A stretch of DNA of 64,000 nucleotides from Rebecca billardiae RCC1528 (Eukaryota; Protista; Haptophyta), in assembly GCA_965240325.2 (NCBI GenBank), contig OZ251231.1, positions 372,001 through 436,000 on the forward strand, given 5' to 3'. Shown here one piece after another: positions 36,980 through 48,025 of this stretch. The stretch's first letter is position 1. Each line of letters begins with the position of its first letter. The notes under the pieces were generated by a model. The model worked only from the letters and a program-made list of their open reading frames with translations, made no database searches and was not told the origin of the DNA. The translations under genes were made by a program, and so were the position numbers.

Positions 36980-37773
36980 ACCTTGAGCAGCTCGCCGCTC
37001 ACGTCAGCGCGCCCCTTCTCCTTCTTGAAGCGCCATGGCTGCATCAGCGCGTAGCGCTCGGCGTCGACGCTCACGCCGCCCTGCGCGTCCTGTGGCGCGT
37101 GCAGGCCGCCCTGCGCGTTGAGCGAGATCACGCCCACGCGCACGTGCGCGAACTGCTGGTACGCGCCGTCCGGATCGAGCCGATGCATCTCGGTGTGCTC
37201 GATCGAGAGCGAGTGCACCGTGTTGATCGCCGAGAGGTGCCGGTCCGTGCGCGCGCCGCCGAGCGCGTTCGCCCGCAGCGGCTTCGGGACGCGGCGCATG
37301 CCCAGGTTGAGCCACGTCGAGATGCGCTCGGGCTGGTACGAGCTCACGGTGCGCCGCGTGCGGTCCTTCTCTCGCGTCTCGTGCACGACGCCCTGGTCGT
37401 CGAGCGAGGTGAACATCGGCGAGTAGAGGGCGTCACGCGGGAACAGCGCCAGCTTGGCCTTGCGCAGCAGGTTGCCCTTCTTCCGGCTGCCCTTGATGGC
37501 GACGAAGTTGTTGACCTTGCGCTTGACCTCCGCCAGGTAGTTCTCGTTCGGCATGATCGAGTGGTCCACCTCGCTCGCCGCCTCGCGCGCGCGCAGCATG
37601 AGCGTCTCGTGCTCAGCCGCCTTCTCCGCGGCCGCCGCGGCCATGCGCCGCCGCACAGATGCGGCAGAGACCTTGCGCCCGATGCCGTAGCCGCCCTTCC
37701 GCTGCAGCTTGACCTTCTTCGGCTTCGCGCAGGAACGCTTGCCCTTGCCCACGGTAAGCACAGCCGTCGTCAT
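36916..37773 (-). CDS. Basic transposon-encoded ORF of unknown function, or first exon of the transposase
   Basis: 285-aa ATG-initiated ORF, Lys/Arg-rich N-terminus (NLS-like), coding-like codon use; candidate donor AAG|GTGTGC at ~36981. Confidence 0.7.
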   Translation of the reverse strand: MTTAVLTVGKGKRSCAKPKKVKLQRKGGYGIGRKVSAASVRRRMAAAAAEKAAEHETLMLRAREAASEVDHSIMPNENYLAEVKRKVNNFVAIKGSRKKGNLLRKAKLALFPRDALYSPMFTSLDDQGVVHETREKDRTRRTVSSYQPERISTWLNLGMRRVPKPLRANALGGARTDRHLSAINTVHSLSIEHTEMHRLDPDGAYQQFAHVRVGVISLNAQGGLHAPQDAQGGVSVDAERYALMQPWRFKKEKGRADVSGELLKVCAQGVSMRRGGGGAGGARRL

Positions 37774-38653
37774 TGCTGCGCGCGGCGAGCGCGGTCCCGC
37801 GCGGCCGCCGCCGGGCGCAGCCGCAGCAAGTTAGTCTGATGCAAATTCCCGGTCACCCATGCAAAAGTAAGCGTTCCCGCTGAGCATGTGCGTGGATCAC
37901 GAGTAACCCGCCGCCTGAATACAAACTCCGCGCCCCTCCATACACTTCCTGCATCCCCGCGCGCGGCGGCGTGCAGGCGGGCGCAGATTCGCACCGTGTT
38001 ACGAACAGACCTAGCAAAGTAGATCGGCGTGGCGGGTCGGGACGCGGAGCGGGTGCGGGGCAGGTGGGGGATAGGTTGGGGAACACCCGCGATTAGAGCA
38101 CCGGTGGCGCAGCGGCGACGTGGACGCCGCCACACGCGCACGCACGGCGCACGCGCGCACCGGGACTTTCAACTTCGCGTCGGAGCTCTGGACGACCGTC
38201 GGTTGGTCCGAGCGGCGCGAGGAGGCTCTCGGGATTGTGGCCGGACGCCCGGGTTGAGCCGTTAACGGCCGAAAATCAATTTGTTGGAGTTTCCTTAACG
38301 GCCGCTTTAAAAAAGAAATCGTTGCTGTGGGTGTAGAATCCGCCTGTGCCAATTTCAGACTAAAATGTGATCTAGACGGTGCGATTCTGGTGCAAATAGC
38401 GAGATCGTCACCTTGGAGATCGTTATTTATTCGTGTATCTCCCCTCGGACTAATGTTGCCGAGATCGCGTCGAGATTGAGGTCGTATATCTCCAGTATAT
38501 TATTGTGACATTTTTTCGCAGAACTTGTCAGCGTGACCCCAGCTCATTTCAGGCGAATATTGACATCCCGAAGTTTGCTGAGAGCCTCATCCAGTCAAGA
38601 CGACAGGAAGTTGGATTTTGGGCCACGCACCCCCCAGTGGGGCTCTGACCCCT

Positions 38654-39196
38654 CTACGGCTCTACGCGGCGGCGTCCGTGATGATCACAGACCGTGATGG
38701 CTGTGCGCGCGCGGCCATCGACCAGAAAGCGATAGCTCTCGGGACTGACCGGCTGCACGCTGAGTCTCGCTTGCCGAAAGAGCACCATGTCGGCAATGGG
38801 TGAGGGCGCCCCATCTACCTCTCTGATGCACTTGAGGTCACGGAGGAGCAGAGGCTCGTCGAGCTTCGACTCAAAGCGCACATCCACGCACACCCACTCG
38901 GCGTCAGCCGGGTCGGGATACGCCTCACGCGCGACGATGACAGTCCCCACGACGCCCGTCTTAGACGGTCCGGCGCTCGAGTGGTAGAAGAGCGCGAGGT
39001 CGCCGAGTTTCATGCGTCTCATATTCGCGCGCGCAAGCTTGGAGCGCACGCCGTCCCACGGCGCCATCCCGTCCGCCTTCATCTGGTCAATCGAGTAGTC
39101 GTCGGGCTCGGACTTGAGGAGCCAGTACCCTGGCCCAGCGGCATGCCCATGATCCGCATCAGGGAGCGCGGTATCAAGCTTGCGCTTCGGGGCCAT
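38654..39196 (-). CDS. EVE domain protein (THYN1-like)
   Basis: YWLLKSEPDDYSID, WDGVR, MKLGDLALFYHS, REAYPDP, RLSVQPV. Confidence 0.92.
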   Translation of the reverse strand: MAPKRKLDTALPDADHGHAAGPGYWLLKSEPDDYSIDQMKADGMAPWDGVRSKLARANMRRMKLGDLALFYHSSAGPSKTGVVGTVIVAREAYPDPADAEWVCVDVRFESKLDEPLLLRDLKCIREVDGAPSPIADMVLFRQARLSVQPVSPESYRFLVDGRARTAITVCDHHGRRRVEP

Positions 39197-39391
39197 GGCC
39201 AGGAGAACGACGGGAGCGATGACAGTCCGCGATGCGAATGGTGATGCGATCAGCATTCTCGTCCGGCCCGGCGGCCATCGTGCGGCCAGCCAAAGCCCAC
39301 TATTGGACGGGAAATCGGGAATTCATGACTGTGCATGGGCGCATGGCCGCAGCCCGCAGCAGGGAATCGAAAATTGACGAGACATCGTCCC

Positions 39392-41532
39392 ATGGCTTGT
39401 CGATGGCTGCGTGGGCCGCTGCTGCTGGGCTTGCTGTCAGGCGTGCACGCGCGACCTGCAAAGCACAAGCCCGACGGGCCCAAGCTGCCGCTCCCGAACC
39501 TCTTCGCCCGCGACGAGGCGACGTGCTACGCGTTCAGCGCGCGGCCGCGCTGCCTCATCTTCATGGACCGGCACACGGTGAAGACTGGTGGGACGAGCAT
39601 CCGTGACACGCTGCAGCACATGCAGGCGCGCGCCGTGCGCCCTCGCCCACCCAGCTGCGCGCGCGGCCAGCGTCAGGCGCACGTCTCAGACCCTCCCGCC
39701 CCTCGCCGCGCGCCCGCGCGCCCGCTCGCCGCTCTTCCCTGCCGTGCGCCGCCGCAGGCCTCGGGCGTGTGCCAGTACTGGGGCTTCTCGCAGTACAAGC
39801 GGATGTGGCCGCGCACGGTGGCGCGCATCAAGGCCGCGCTCAACGCCACTCCGTCCGCGCGCCCCGCGCAGCTGCGCCTGTGCATGGAGGCGCACACCAC
39901 GCCCGACTACTCGTCGACGACGCGCTCGCGCACCGAGCACAAGGCGGAGGTGCAGGCGGACGGCGGCTCGGGCGCGGACGAGGCGTGGCGCTCGGTGTGG
40001 ACGGTGCACGGCGCGATGCTCGACCTGCGCCGGCTGCAGTGCCGCGTCGTCCTCACCGCGCGCGTGCGCCAGCCGCTCCCGTTTTATCGCTCGTACTACT
40101 TTTGGCGCGTGCTCGGCCTGCAGCAGGGCCGGTGGGATTTTGCCGAGTGGGCCTCGGGGGCGCCCGACCTGCAGGCGCACGCGATCTTCTTCGACCTCGG
40201 CGGCGACGACCAGCGCCAGCTGCGCAAGGGTGCGCGTGCCCGGCGGAGCGGCGCGCGCGCGCGCAGCGCGCGGCTCGCCACGCCACCCACCTACTTACGC
40301 GCCCGCGCCGCCTCGCGCGATCGCGCTCGGCGCGTGCTGCCGCGCGCCGACTGCCGCGCCGCGGCATTCGCGGCGCAGCCGGCAAGGTCACCCCTGCCCT
40401 GCTCGGCTCGATGCGCGCGTACCTCGCCTCGTTCGACCTCGTGTGGCCCCTCGAGCGCTTCGACGACGGGGTCGCCATGCTGTCCTCGCTCACTGGCCTC
40501 GATTTCTCCCGATGGGCCCTCGAGCCGACCGTGCCAGTCGTGCGCGGCGCCAAGGCGGTGCTCAAGAGCTACCCTTGGATCAAGGCGGCGGAGGGCGGGC
40601 GGACGGGCAGCTGCGCGTCGTTCGAGGCCAAGTCGCCCGAGTGCGCCGCGGACATCCGGCGCGCGCTCGAGCCGTGCGCGCCGCCGCTCAACCGCTCGCG
40701 CTGCGAGGCGGTCGTCCAGTCGGCCGCGCCGGCCGACCACGAGCTGTACCGCTTTTCGCTCGAGCGGTTTGAGCGCGCGCACGCCGAGTTCGTGCGCACC
40801 GGCGTGGCTCGGAGCCAGGCGCAGGGCGTGCCGCGGCCCCCGCGCGCGCCGCCGCCGCCGGCTCGGCGCGCCGCGCAGCCCTCGGCGCGCGCGCAGCAGT
40901 GCTCGGCGGCCGTGCCGGCCGAGCGGCGCGTTGCTCGCTCCGAGAAGCTCGGCTGCACCCGCGTCTACATCTGGATCAATGCCTCCGCGCCGCCGCCCGC
41001 GCTGCCGGCGCCCTCGCCCGCGCGGCTGCCGCGCGGCGAGGGCGGCGAGCCCCCGGCGTGGGCGTGCACCATGCTGCTCGACGGGCGGTACAACCCGTGC
41101 ATGCCGCTGCCCTACGAACTCAACGAGGCGCTCGGCCTCGGCCGGATGAAGGTGCACGGTTTCGTCAACATGTGCCCCCCGTACTGCGCGGCGTGGGTGC
41201 CCGAGGCGGCGACCGGCCACGCGACCCGGCTGCACTCGGCGGAGCGGTACGTGCGCGCGCACCTCAGCGAGCCGGAGTTCCTCCCCCTTGCCGACGGCGC
41301 GGCCTGGCCGAACGCAAGCTCCCAGGGTGGCGCGCCCGGCGCAGCCCCGCCGCTCGAGCTCGACTCCGGGCTGTCGCGCGCCGAGCTCGGAGCGCTGGTG
41401 CGCGCGTGCGGGTACAAGGGCGGCGAGCACTGGCCCGTCGGCCGATCGGCTCCAGCGCGCATCACGCCAAAGCCCGAGGTGTGGGTGCGGAACGAGAAGT
41501 GGCGGAGGAGGCTTGCGCCCCGGGCATTGTAA
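39392..41532 (+). CDS. Secreted/Golgi sulfotransferase-like protein (probably 3 exons)
   Basis: Signal peptide; 5'-PSB HTVKTGGTSI; 3'-PB RQPLPFYRSYY; FDLVWPLERFDD. Intron ~40230-40378 changes frame. Probable in-frame intron ~39626-39757 with a GC donor. Confidence 0.7.
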
Positions 41533-41958
41533 GCTAGACCTAGTCGTCTCGCCGCTGTCTCGCGGATGGCGGAGGAGTCATGAGTGAGATGACTGGCGTC
41601 CTGCTGTGACAGCTGGCTATCCGGGCACGATCGAAGTGCCGCAGGCGCAGCGTGGCGGTGCTGACAGCTTGTGAGCTAGTCAGCTAGTAGTCAGCTGATC
41701 CGTGCCCGCCCGCCGATACGGCTGTGCTGCCAGTGGCACAGCGCAGCTGTCACGGACCGACCGCGGCGGGCCGCTCAGGCCGTCGATATCTGACTACTGA
41801 GTGACTAGGCGCCGCCGCGCCGCGAGCGCAGCAGAGAGTCTGCCCCGTGCCCGCGGGGCCGCCGCCCGAGGCCGAACTCGTGCGCCTGTGACAGCGTCTG
41901 CGAGGTCCCGTCAGCACCCGTGCGTCACCGCGGTCCGCGCTACCGCCTGGAGCCGCCG

Positions 41959-43751
41959 TAGGGGGTCCAGCACACCAAAATAAAATCGAAAAAATGCCTC
42001 GACGGGTTTTCAAGTGGAGTGAGCGCGAGTTTCGCCATAAATTCGAGCGCCGCGAGCGTACGCGGCGAGCTGCCGGGTCGGGCTGTTCAGTGGGCTGGCG
42101 GCGACGGAGATGCACGACTGGACGGTCACCACCACCGTCGCCTCGGCGCGACAGAGCGCGTACGAGCGTCGAGAGCGCCCGATCGAGCGAGTCTACGTGA
42201 CCACCATGAAGTCCCCGGACATATCGGTCGCCGGCGTCGGACATTGAAACCGCGAGGTTGCACGCGTGCCAGTGCGTTCAAGCTGGCTCATGCGCTCGAG
42301 ATGGAGGAGGGTGCTCCCCTTGCAGGTGATGCGCGCGCGCCGCGCACGCATACGGTGCGCATACGCGGTCCCCAACACATACTCCTTCCATGTGTAGCGT
42401 TCCTGCGCACGTACCTGCCCCCCTGATGGCCCCGCGGTACTCCCGCACGCATGCTTTCCACTGCCGCATTCACTCATGCAGGCGTTGGCGAGCGCGCGCC
42501 GTCGCGTGTGCCGCCTCTCTCCGACGCCGAGACGCTGAATGTAATCATCACGATGCCTGCCGCTAGTTTCTTACCGGTGCCGGCTGCGCGAGCGCATCAA
42601 CCTCCTCTCGCTGGGCGATGTCCGCGCGCTCTGGCAACAACTCAAGGCACACGAGAACGCCACGGCGCTCAGGATGGACCCAGCTCGGCAAGGATGGCCT
42701 GTTGAACAAGAAGGTGGTGCACTACTGGTTTGAATCTCTCGCGTTCCGCCTCGAGTGGCCGCTTCCTTGGCCCTGCCTGTTCTCTGTGCACGGCCGAGGC
42801 GCACGCCTGGATAGTGGGGCTGCAGCACGGATGTGCGAAGCAAAGAACGCGCACGGACGTCACGCTCACCGCGGAGCAGGCGCGCGACGCCGAGCCCGCC
42901 GGCGCCATCACGGCCGCCAACAGCCGCGCAGGCACATCCGAGGCCAAGGCGCGGCGTGAGGATCTGGCGGCGATCACAGCGGAGCAGCGCGCGGACCGCA
43001 CTATGGTCAAGGCGGTGAGCACGGCGGGCGTGGCAGCAGAGTCAGAGAGCGCGAAGCTCGCCGCCGAGCAGCTCGCCGAGCCGGAGCCGGAGGCCGCCTC
43101 GGTGGCTGGGCGCTGCAGCCGCGGTAATCGTAGACCGGTGGTGGCCTCGCATGGGCTCATGGGCCGGGGTAGGACGACTGGCGACGCGGCGCCGGTGCCG
43201 GCTGAGTCGAGTGTTGCGACCGAGCCCGCATATTCATCTCCGGCGCCCGTATTCGAACGTACCCACATATATAGACATTGATTTGAATACATATGGACTC
43301 GCATCGACCGTTAGTATGTACGGGTACACACATGCTCATATTTACGGGTACCTACCTGTATTTAAATGGGTAACATGCTCGATCTTGCTGCTGTTTCTCC
43401 TGAATTTCTACGCGCCCAGCATGGTGCGCCAAATATGCAGTCGCTGCATCATAAATTCATTCGACTGAGTGGCAACGGTTGTCAATAAGTACTACCGACC
43501 GCATTCCGTCATCTAGCCGCCATCACGGGTGGGTACCACTTCGCTGAATCTCTATGTGACACTAAGTGGCCGGCAGCGCGCCCGCACGACGGCGCGACGG
43601 CACGCGGAGTCGGTTTTGAGTGCTTCTGACGGCTGGGCTGGGCTGGGGGGCATACTAGAGGGCACTTCAACAGGCGACAGCCTCGACAGACACCTACATG
43701 GCAGGCCTGTCGAATATCCCCAACCGCTAGGCTGAGGGCCTGGACCCCCTA
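41959..43751. mobile_element. Putative non-autonomous/degenerate TIR element (~1.8 kb) with TA ends
   Basis: Perfect inverted 12-mer TAGGGGGTCCAG (41959-41970) / CTGGACCCCCTA (43740-43751) bracketing a gene-free region of lower GC. Confidence 0.5.
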
Positions 43752-43859
43752 ACTGGAGGCTGGAATATGGCTGGAAGCAGCCGTTGGCGGCGTTTGAGTC
43801 GTATATGTCGTTTAATCCCGTTGGTACGTACCGTACTACTTGGTTCGGCCGGTTGGCGT

Positions 43860-44057
43860 TATATATATATATATATATTGGCGGCGCACTGCCGTGTTTT
43901 GTTACGCACGACATGCATATATACGACGCTAGCTAGCTATTGGCAGACGAAGGCCGACGCGATGACGACTCTGATGATGACCGGATATACAATATATATA
44001 TATATATAATATTTATTGACGACACACACACACATGCATATATATATATATATATAT
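43860..44057. repeat. Cluster of short (TA)n/(CA)n microsatellites
   Basis: Directly visible. Confidence 0.85.
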
Positions 44058-44181
44058 GCATGTGCTAGCTGCTGCACTGTTCACGGACACGCGGTTCCGT
44101 TCTATTATAATAACGACGGGCGCCGTTCAATGTCCGTTCTGCGTTCATCCCGCCGGATAACTACTCGATCGGCAGCAGCAT

Positions 44182-46122
44182 TCATACCCCCGGTGTGCCC
44201 GCGCCGTTCGCCCCGGGCGACGCGCTTGGAGATGCGCCGGCCCCGCCGTCGCCGTCCTTGGGCACGCTCACCTCCGGCAGCGAGTCGCGCACAGCGCTCA
44301 GCTCGACCGCGCCCTGGTTTGATGGCTCCCTCGGCGAGGTGAGGCTGACGCGGAGAGGCACGCCCGCGCCGTCACCGGCGGCGAGCATCATCTGGAACCT
44401 GCCGCGGCCCTCCGCCTGGCAGGGACAGCGGCCGCACGCGGCGCAGGCGAGGCAGGGCAGCGCGAGGCACAGCGCGACGCCGCTCACGATCGTCATGTAC
44501 AGCAGCACGTGCCAGTCCAGCCCCTGCCACGCGTCGGACGAGTCGCACGGCGGGACGGGCGGCGAGAAGGCCTCGAGCCGCGCAGACGGGACCCACCCCG
44601 CGTTGGCCGCGTCGAGAAAGCCCCAGCGCGGGTCCTGCAGCTCGTTGTGGAAGTTCCAGAAGGTCCAGCCGCGCGAGGCCTCGTACCCGCGCAGCGCGTA
44701 GTGCGCGAACAGCGTGTAGAACTCGTCGTACGACAGCCGGCCCCTCGGCACGACCAGGGGGTCGACCGGGCACTGACCGTTCTCATCCGGACCTCCGATG
44801 GCCGCCTGCGGCCGCGGCTCGCCCGAGCCGGTGGCGAAGGGCGGCAGCTTGCCGAAGCGCTCGGGGCACTTGACGCGGCCGCACGCCGAGGGCCGCGTGA
44901 ACGACGCGTCGAGCCCCATCCCGTTCAGCCACGTCATGCAGTCCGAGATGGCGAGCGACCACTCACCGACGACCGTCGGCAGCGCGGTGCGCTCCATCTC
45001 GGCGATCTCGTCGCGCGCGCCGCAGCCCGCGCGCCGCAGGTGCACGACCTGCGCGACCTCGGAGCCCTGCGGCCACCAGCCGTGGTACCGGTGCGTGTCG
45101 AGTACCGCGTCCGCCTCGAGCCACGGCTCGCCCTCCGCGCGCGCCACCCCCCAGATGTCGCTCCGGAACGAGACGTCCAGAACGGGCGTGACGCGAGTGT
45201 TGTTGGCGCGGATCGCCGCCCACGCGCGCCTGTAGAAGGCGAGGAGCTGGTCCTGCGGGATGGGGCAGCCGGACTCGCAGAAGCCGGAGAGCGCGAAGCC
45301 GATCGGCTCGTTCACGAGGCCCATCGCCACGACCGCCTCCTCCTCGGCGTACCGCCTCGCCACGCGGCCGAGCACGTCGATCGCGACCGCGGAGGCGTGG
45401 TGGCCCAGCCACGCCGTCGCGTTGAGCGGCCGGCCAAACGGCGGCTTGTGCGTGTCGCCCGAGTTGTCGAAGCCGTTCTGCGAGTGCATCACGCCGTGCA
45501 GGTCGAGCACCACCCGCAGCCCGTGCTTCTTCGCCCAGCCCACCGCCAGGTCGACGTACTCGATCGACGTGACGTTGGGGCAGAACTCAGGCCGGTCGCC
45601 AAACGCCCAGTAGCCGTACGGGAGCCGCACCGTGTTCACGCCGAGGGAGGCGAGGCGCTTGAAGACGGTCTCGTTGACCCACGAGCGGCGGAACACGTCG
45701 AGCTGCCGCTGCGCCTCCTTCGGCCCGAGCCGCTCGCACAGCGTGCGCTCGTCCACGACGGCAGGCTTCTTGTCGTCGAGGAACTGGTAGAAGAGAGAGG
45801 GCGTGATCCACGGCTCGAGCACGAGCCAGCCGCCGAGGTTGACGCCGCGCATCGTGGCGTGCGGGTCGACGGGGGTGGCGTTGTACCGGGCGGGCTCCAC
45901 CGGCGTGTAGATCGGGCTCGAGTACGTCGCAACGGCGAGCAGCGCGCCGCACAGCGCGCACACGCAGCCGAGCGCCAGCGTGAGCGCGCACATCACACCG
46001 CGCGTCGAGCAGCAGCCACCTGACAGCGGGCGCGCGGCCTCGCGCACTGCTGGGTTGGAGTCGGCAAGGTCTACGTCATCGTAGCTGTCCTCCACCGCCG
46101 TCGGGATCGGCGGCGTGCTCAT
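44182..46122 (-). CDS. Glycoside hydrolase family 5 exo-1,3-beta-glucanase-like, with N- and C-terminal TM helices
   Basis: RGVNLGGWLVLEPWITPSLF, VRLPYGYW, DLHG..SQNGFDNSG, NEP (acid/base), DTHRY, VGEWS (nucleophile), GWTFWN. Confidence 0.93.
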   Translation of the reverse strand: MSTPPIPTAVEDSYDDVDLADSNPAVREAARPLSGGCCSTRGVMCALTLALGCVCALCGALLAVATYSSPIYTPVEPARYNATPVDPHATMRGVNLGGWLVLEPWITPSLFYQFLDDKKPAVVDERTLCERLGPKEAQRQLDVFRRSWVNETVFKRLASLGVNTVRLPYGYWAFGDRPEFCPNVTSIEYVDLAVGWAKKHGLRVVLDLHGVMHSQNGFDNSGDTHKPPFGRPLNATAWLGHHASAVAIDVLGRVARRYAEEEAVVAMGLVNEPIGFALSGFCESGCPIPQDQLLAFYRRAWAAIRANNTRVTPVLDVSFRSDIWGVARAEGEPWLEADAVLDTHRYHGWWPQGSEVAQVVHLRRAGCGARDEIAEMERTALPTVVGEWSLAISDCMTWLNGMGLDASFTRPSACGRVKCPERFGKLPPFATGSGEPRPQAAIGGPDENGQCPVDPLVVPRGRLSYDEFYTLFAHYALRGYEASRGWTFWNFHNELQDPRWGFLDAANAGWVPSARLEAFSPPVPPCDSSDAWQGLDWHVLLYMTIVSGVALCLALPCLACAACGRCPCQAEGRGRFQMMLAAGDGAGVPLRVSLTSPREPSNQGAVELSAVRDSLPEVSVPKDGDGGAGASPSASPGANGAGTPGV

Positions 46123-46419
46123 TGCGCCCGGCCGCCGTATTCGGGGGCGCGAGGCCGGAAGGTCACCTTGCGCGGCTGGCTCACCTGCCGCCAATGCTGG
46201 TACCGAGTCCGGGGCCGCGCCGAACCGCCCGAAGCCGAAGCCCAAAGCTGAAAGCGCCCATCAGAATCAAGAGCTGGCGACCTCCCCAAGCCCGGCAAGG
46301 GCCGTGCTCCCGGACGCACGGCGTCGCCGCGTCGACCCGCGAGCGAAGACGACCAAAGACCGGGAGCCACGGCGCTCTGCCTCGTGCTCGCCGCGGCGGC
46401 GGTGTCGCCGTCGAGCGCG

Positions 46420-47049
46420 ATGTCGAAGCACACGATCACGTTCGTGACGGGCAACGCGAAGAAGCTCGAGGAGGTGCGCGCGATCCTCGCCGCCGGCGGG
46501 AGCGACCTTCCCGAGGTGGTCTCGCGCAAAATCGACCTGCCCGAGCTGCAGGGCGAGCCGGACGAGATCTCTGCGGAGAAGTGCCGGCTCGCGGCGCGCG
46601 AGACGGGCGGGCCTGTGATGGTGGAGGACACGTGCCTGTGCTTCAACGCGCTGGGCGGGCTGCCTGGGCCCTACATCAAGTGGTTCCTCGAGAAGACCGG
46701 CCACGCCGGCCTGAACAACATCCTCGCCGCGTACAGCGACAAGAGCGCGTATGCGCAGTGCATCTTCTCATTTACACCAGGCCCCGACTGCGAGCCGATC
46801 ACGTTCGACGGGCGCACGCCCGGCAAGATCGTGCCCGCGCGTGGTGACAACGCCTTCGGCTGGGACCCCGTCTTCGAGCCCGACGAGAGCGGCGGCAAGA
46901 CGTACGCGGAGATGGACAAGGATGCCAAGAACCAGATCTCGCATCGCCGCCGCGCGCTGGACAAGCTGACGACGTACCTGCGTGAGAACGCCGACAACGT
47001 CGCGCGGCAGATCGACGAAGTGGTCAGCAAGCGAGCCAAGACGGGGTAG
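46420..47049 (+). CDS. ITPA: Inosine triphosphate pyrophosphatase (HAM1 family)
   Basis: [55 protein letters not shown]. Confidence 0.97.
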   Translation: MSKHTITFVTGNAKKLEEVRAILAAGGSDLPEVVSRKIDLPELQGEPDEISAEKCRLAARETGGPVMVEDTCLCFNALGGLPGPYIKWFLEKTGHAGLNNILAAYSDKSAYAQCIFSFTPGPDCEPITFDGRTPGKIVPARGDNAFGWDPVFEPDESGGKTYAEMDKDAKNQISHRRRALDKLTTYLRENADNVARQIDEVVSKRAKTG

Positions 47050-47371
47050 CCATGCGGACTATCGGTGGGCGCGCACTGTCAAGCGTGGTCCGCTTGGAGG
47101 GCGGCCTTGAGGCTTGGCGGGCGGCAGCCATTGCCGCATCCGCCCGCCGCGGGTAATCTCGCCTGCCTGAGCTGTGTGCGTCAGTATTGTACCGACGATT
47201 GACAATTACTTACTGGTAGTAGTATGGGGGTACTGACAACTGAACTGACGAAATCACGATCGAAATCGGCAAATCGCCGAACTGGCCGGCTTCATCTCGC
47301 GGCCCGGTGGCCCACGGCCGTGCTCATCGGATCGGGCGCCCGGAGGGCGCGTGCACAGGCACACGCCGCTC

Positions 47372-48025
47372 ATGCGTCAGCTCGTTTGGGCACAGCGGGC
47401 TGCCTTATCGCGTGCGGCTGCAGCCTACCTGCGCCCATCGGCATGCAGCCCACACTGCGCTTCCTGGATCGCCAATGCGGCGCGTGCGCTCTCGTCCGAT
47501 ACTTCCGCGCCAAGCAACACTGCCGTCCTCAGCCTGCAGCAGGTGCGGCTCATCGGCGCCGACGGGAAGAATCGCGGGGTCATTGCCTCGCGCGAGGCGC
47601 TCAACGCCGCGAAGGCCGAGAACCTCGACCTCGTGCAAGCGAATGCAGGTGCCGATCCACCCGTGTGGCGGCTGGTGCCCAAGGACCAGGCAGTGGCGGT
47701 AAAGGCAGCGGCCACAGCTCGCGAGCAGGCACACGAGCCGGACAAGGAGGTGCGCCTGACGCTGGGCGTGGCTGATCACGACCTGGCTACGAAGGTGCGC
47801 AACGTTCACAAGTTCCTGGACAAGGGGCTCAGCGTGCGCCTCGTCTTCCGACCACCGCGCCGTCCGCTGCCGGATGCCGACTCTGGCACACTGCTCGAGC
47901 GCATCATGGACATGCTCGGCAAGCCTGCGCCAACGCGCAAGTACTGGAATAAGGATGCGAAGGGCAAGGTGACAAGTGTGACGCTCTTGCCGCCCGACCC
48001 GCCTTCGTCAACCGAGGCTTCCTGA
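47372..48025 (+). CDS. Organellar (likely mitochondrial) translation initiation factor IF-3
   Basis: Transit-like N-terminus; VRLIGADGKNRGV..EAL..A....LDLV....DPPV; KEVRL....DHDL.TK.....KFLDKG. Confidence 0.85.
   Translation: MRQLVWAQRAALSRAAAAYLRPSACSPHCASWIANAARALSSDTSAPSNTAVLSLQQVRLIGADGKNRGVIASREALNAAKAENLDLVQANAGADPPVWRLVPKDQAVAVKAAATAREQAHEPDKEVRLTLGVADHDLATKVRNVHKFLDKGLSVRLVFRPPRRPLPDADSGTLLERIMDMLGKPAPTRKYWNKDAKGKVTSVTLLPPDPPSSTEAS

Larger units (their letters stand above)
32075..38329 (-). mobile_element. Autonomous DNA transposon, RAG1/Transib-like transposase, 34-bp TIRs, 3-bp TSD (GGT)
   Basis: TIR CACAGCAACGA(C/T)TTCTTTTTTAAAGCGGCCGTTA at 32075-32108 and 38296-38329 (1 mismatch); GGT at 32072-32074 and 38330-32 (38330-38332); uninterrupted internal ORFs. 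Confidence 0.92.
31937..38656. mobile_element. Possible older small TIR element interrupted by the 6.3-kb transposon
   Basis: TAGTGGGGTCAGAGC (31937-31951) vs GCTCTGACCCCTCTA (38642-38656), a 14/15 inverted match enclosing AT-rich flanks. Confidence 0.4.

Noticed and set aside
38654-39196. EVE protein as part of a transposon-linked modification or defence system
   Set aside because: It lies outside the TIRs and looks like an ordinary THYN1-like host gene.
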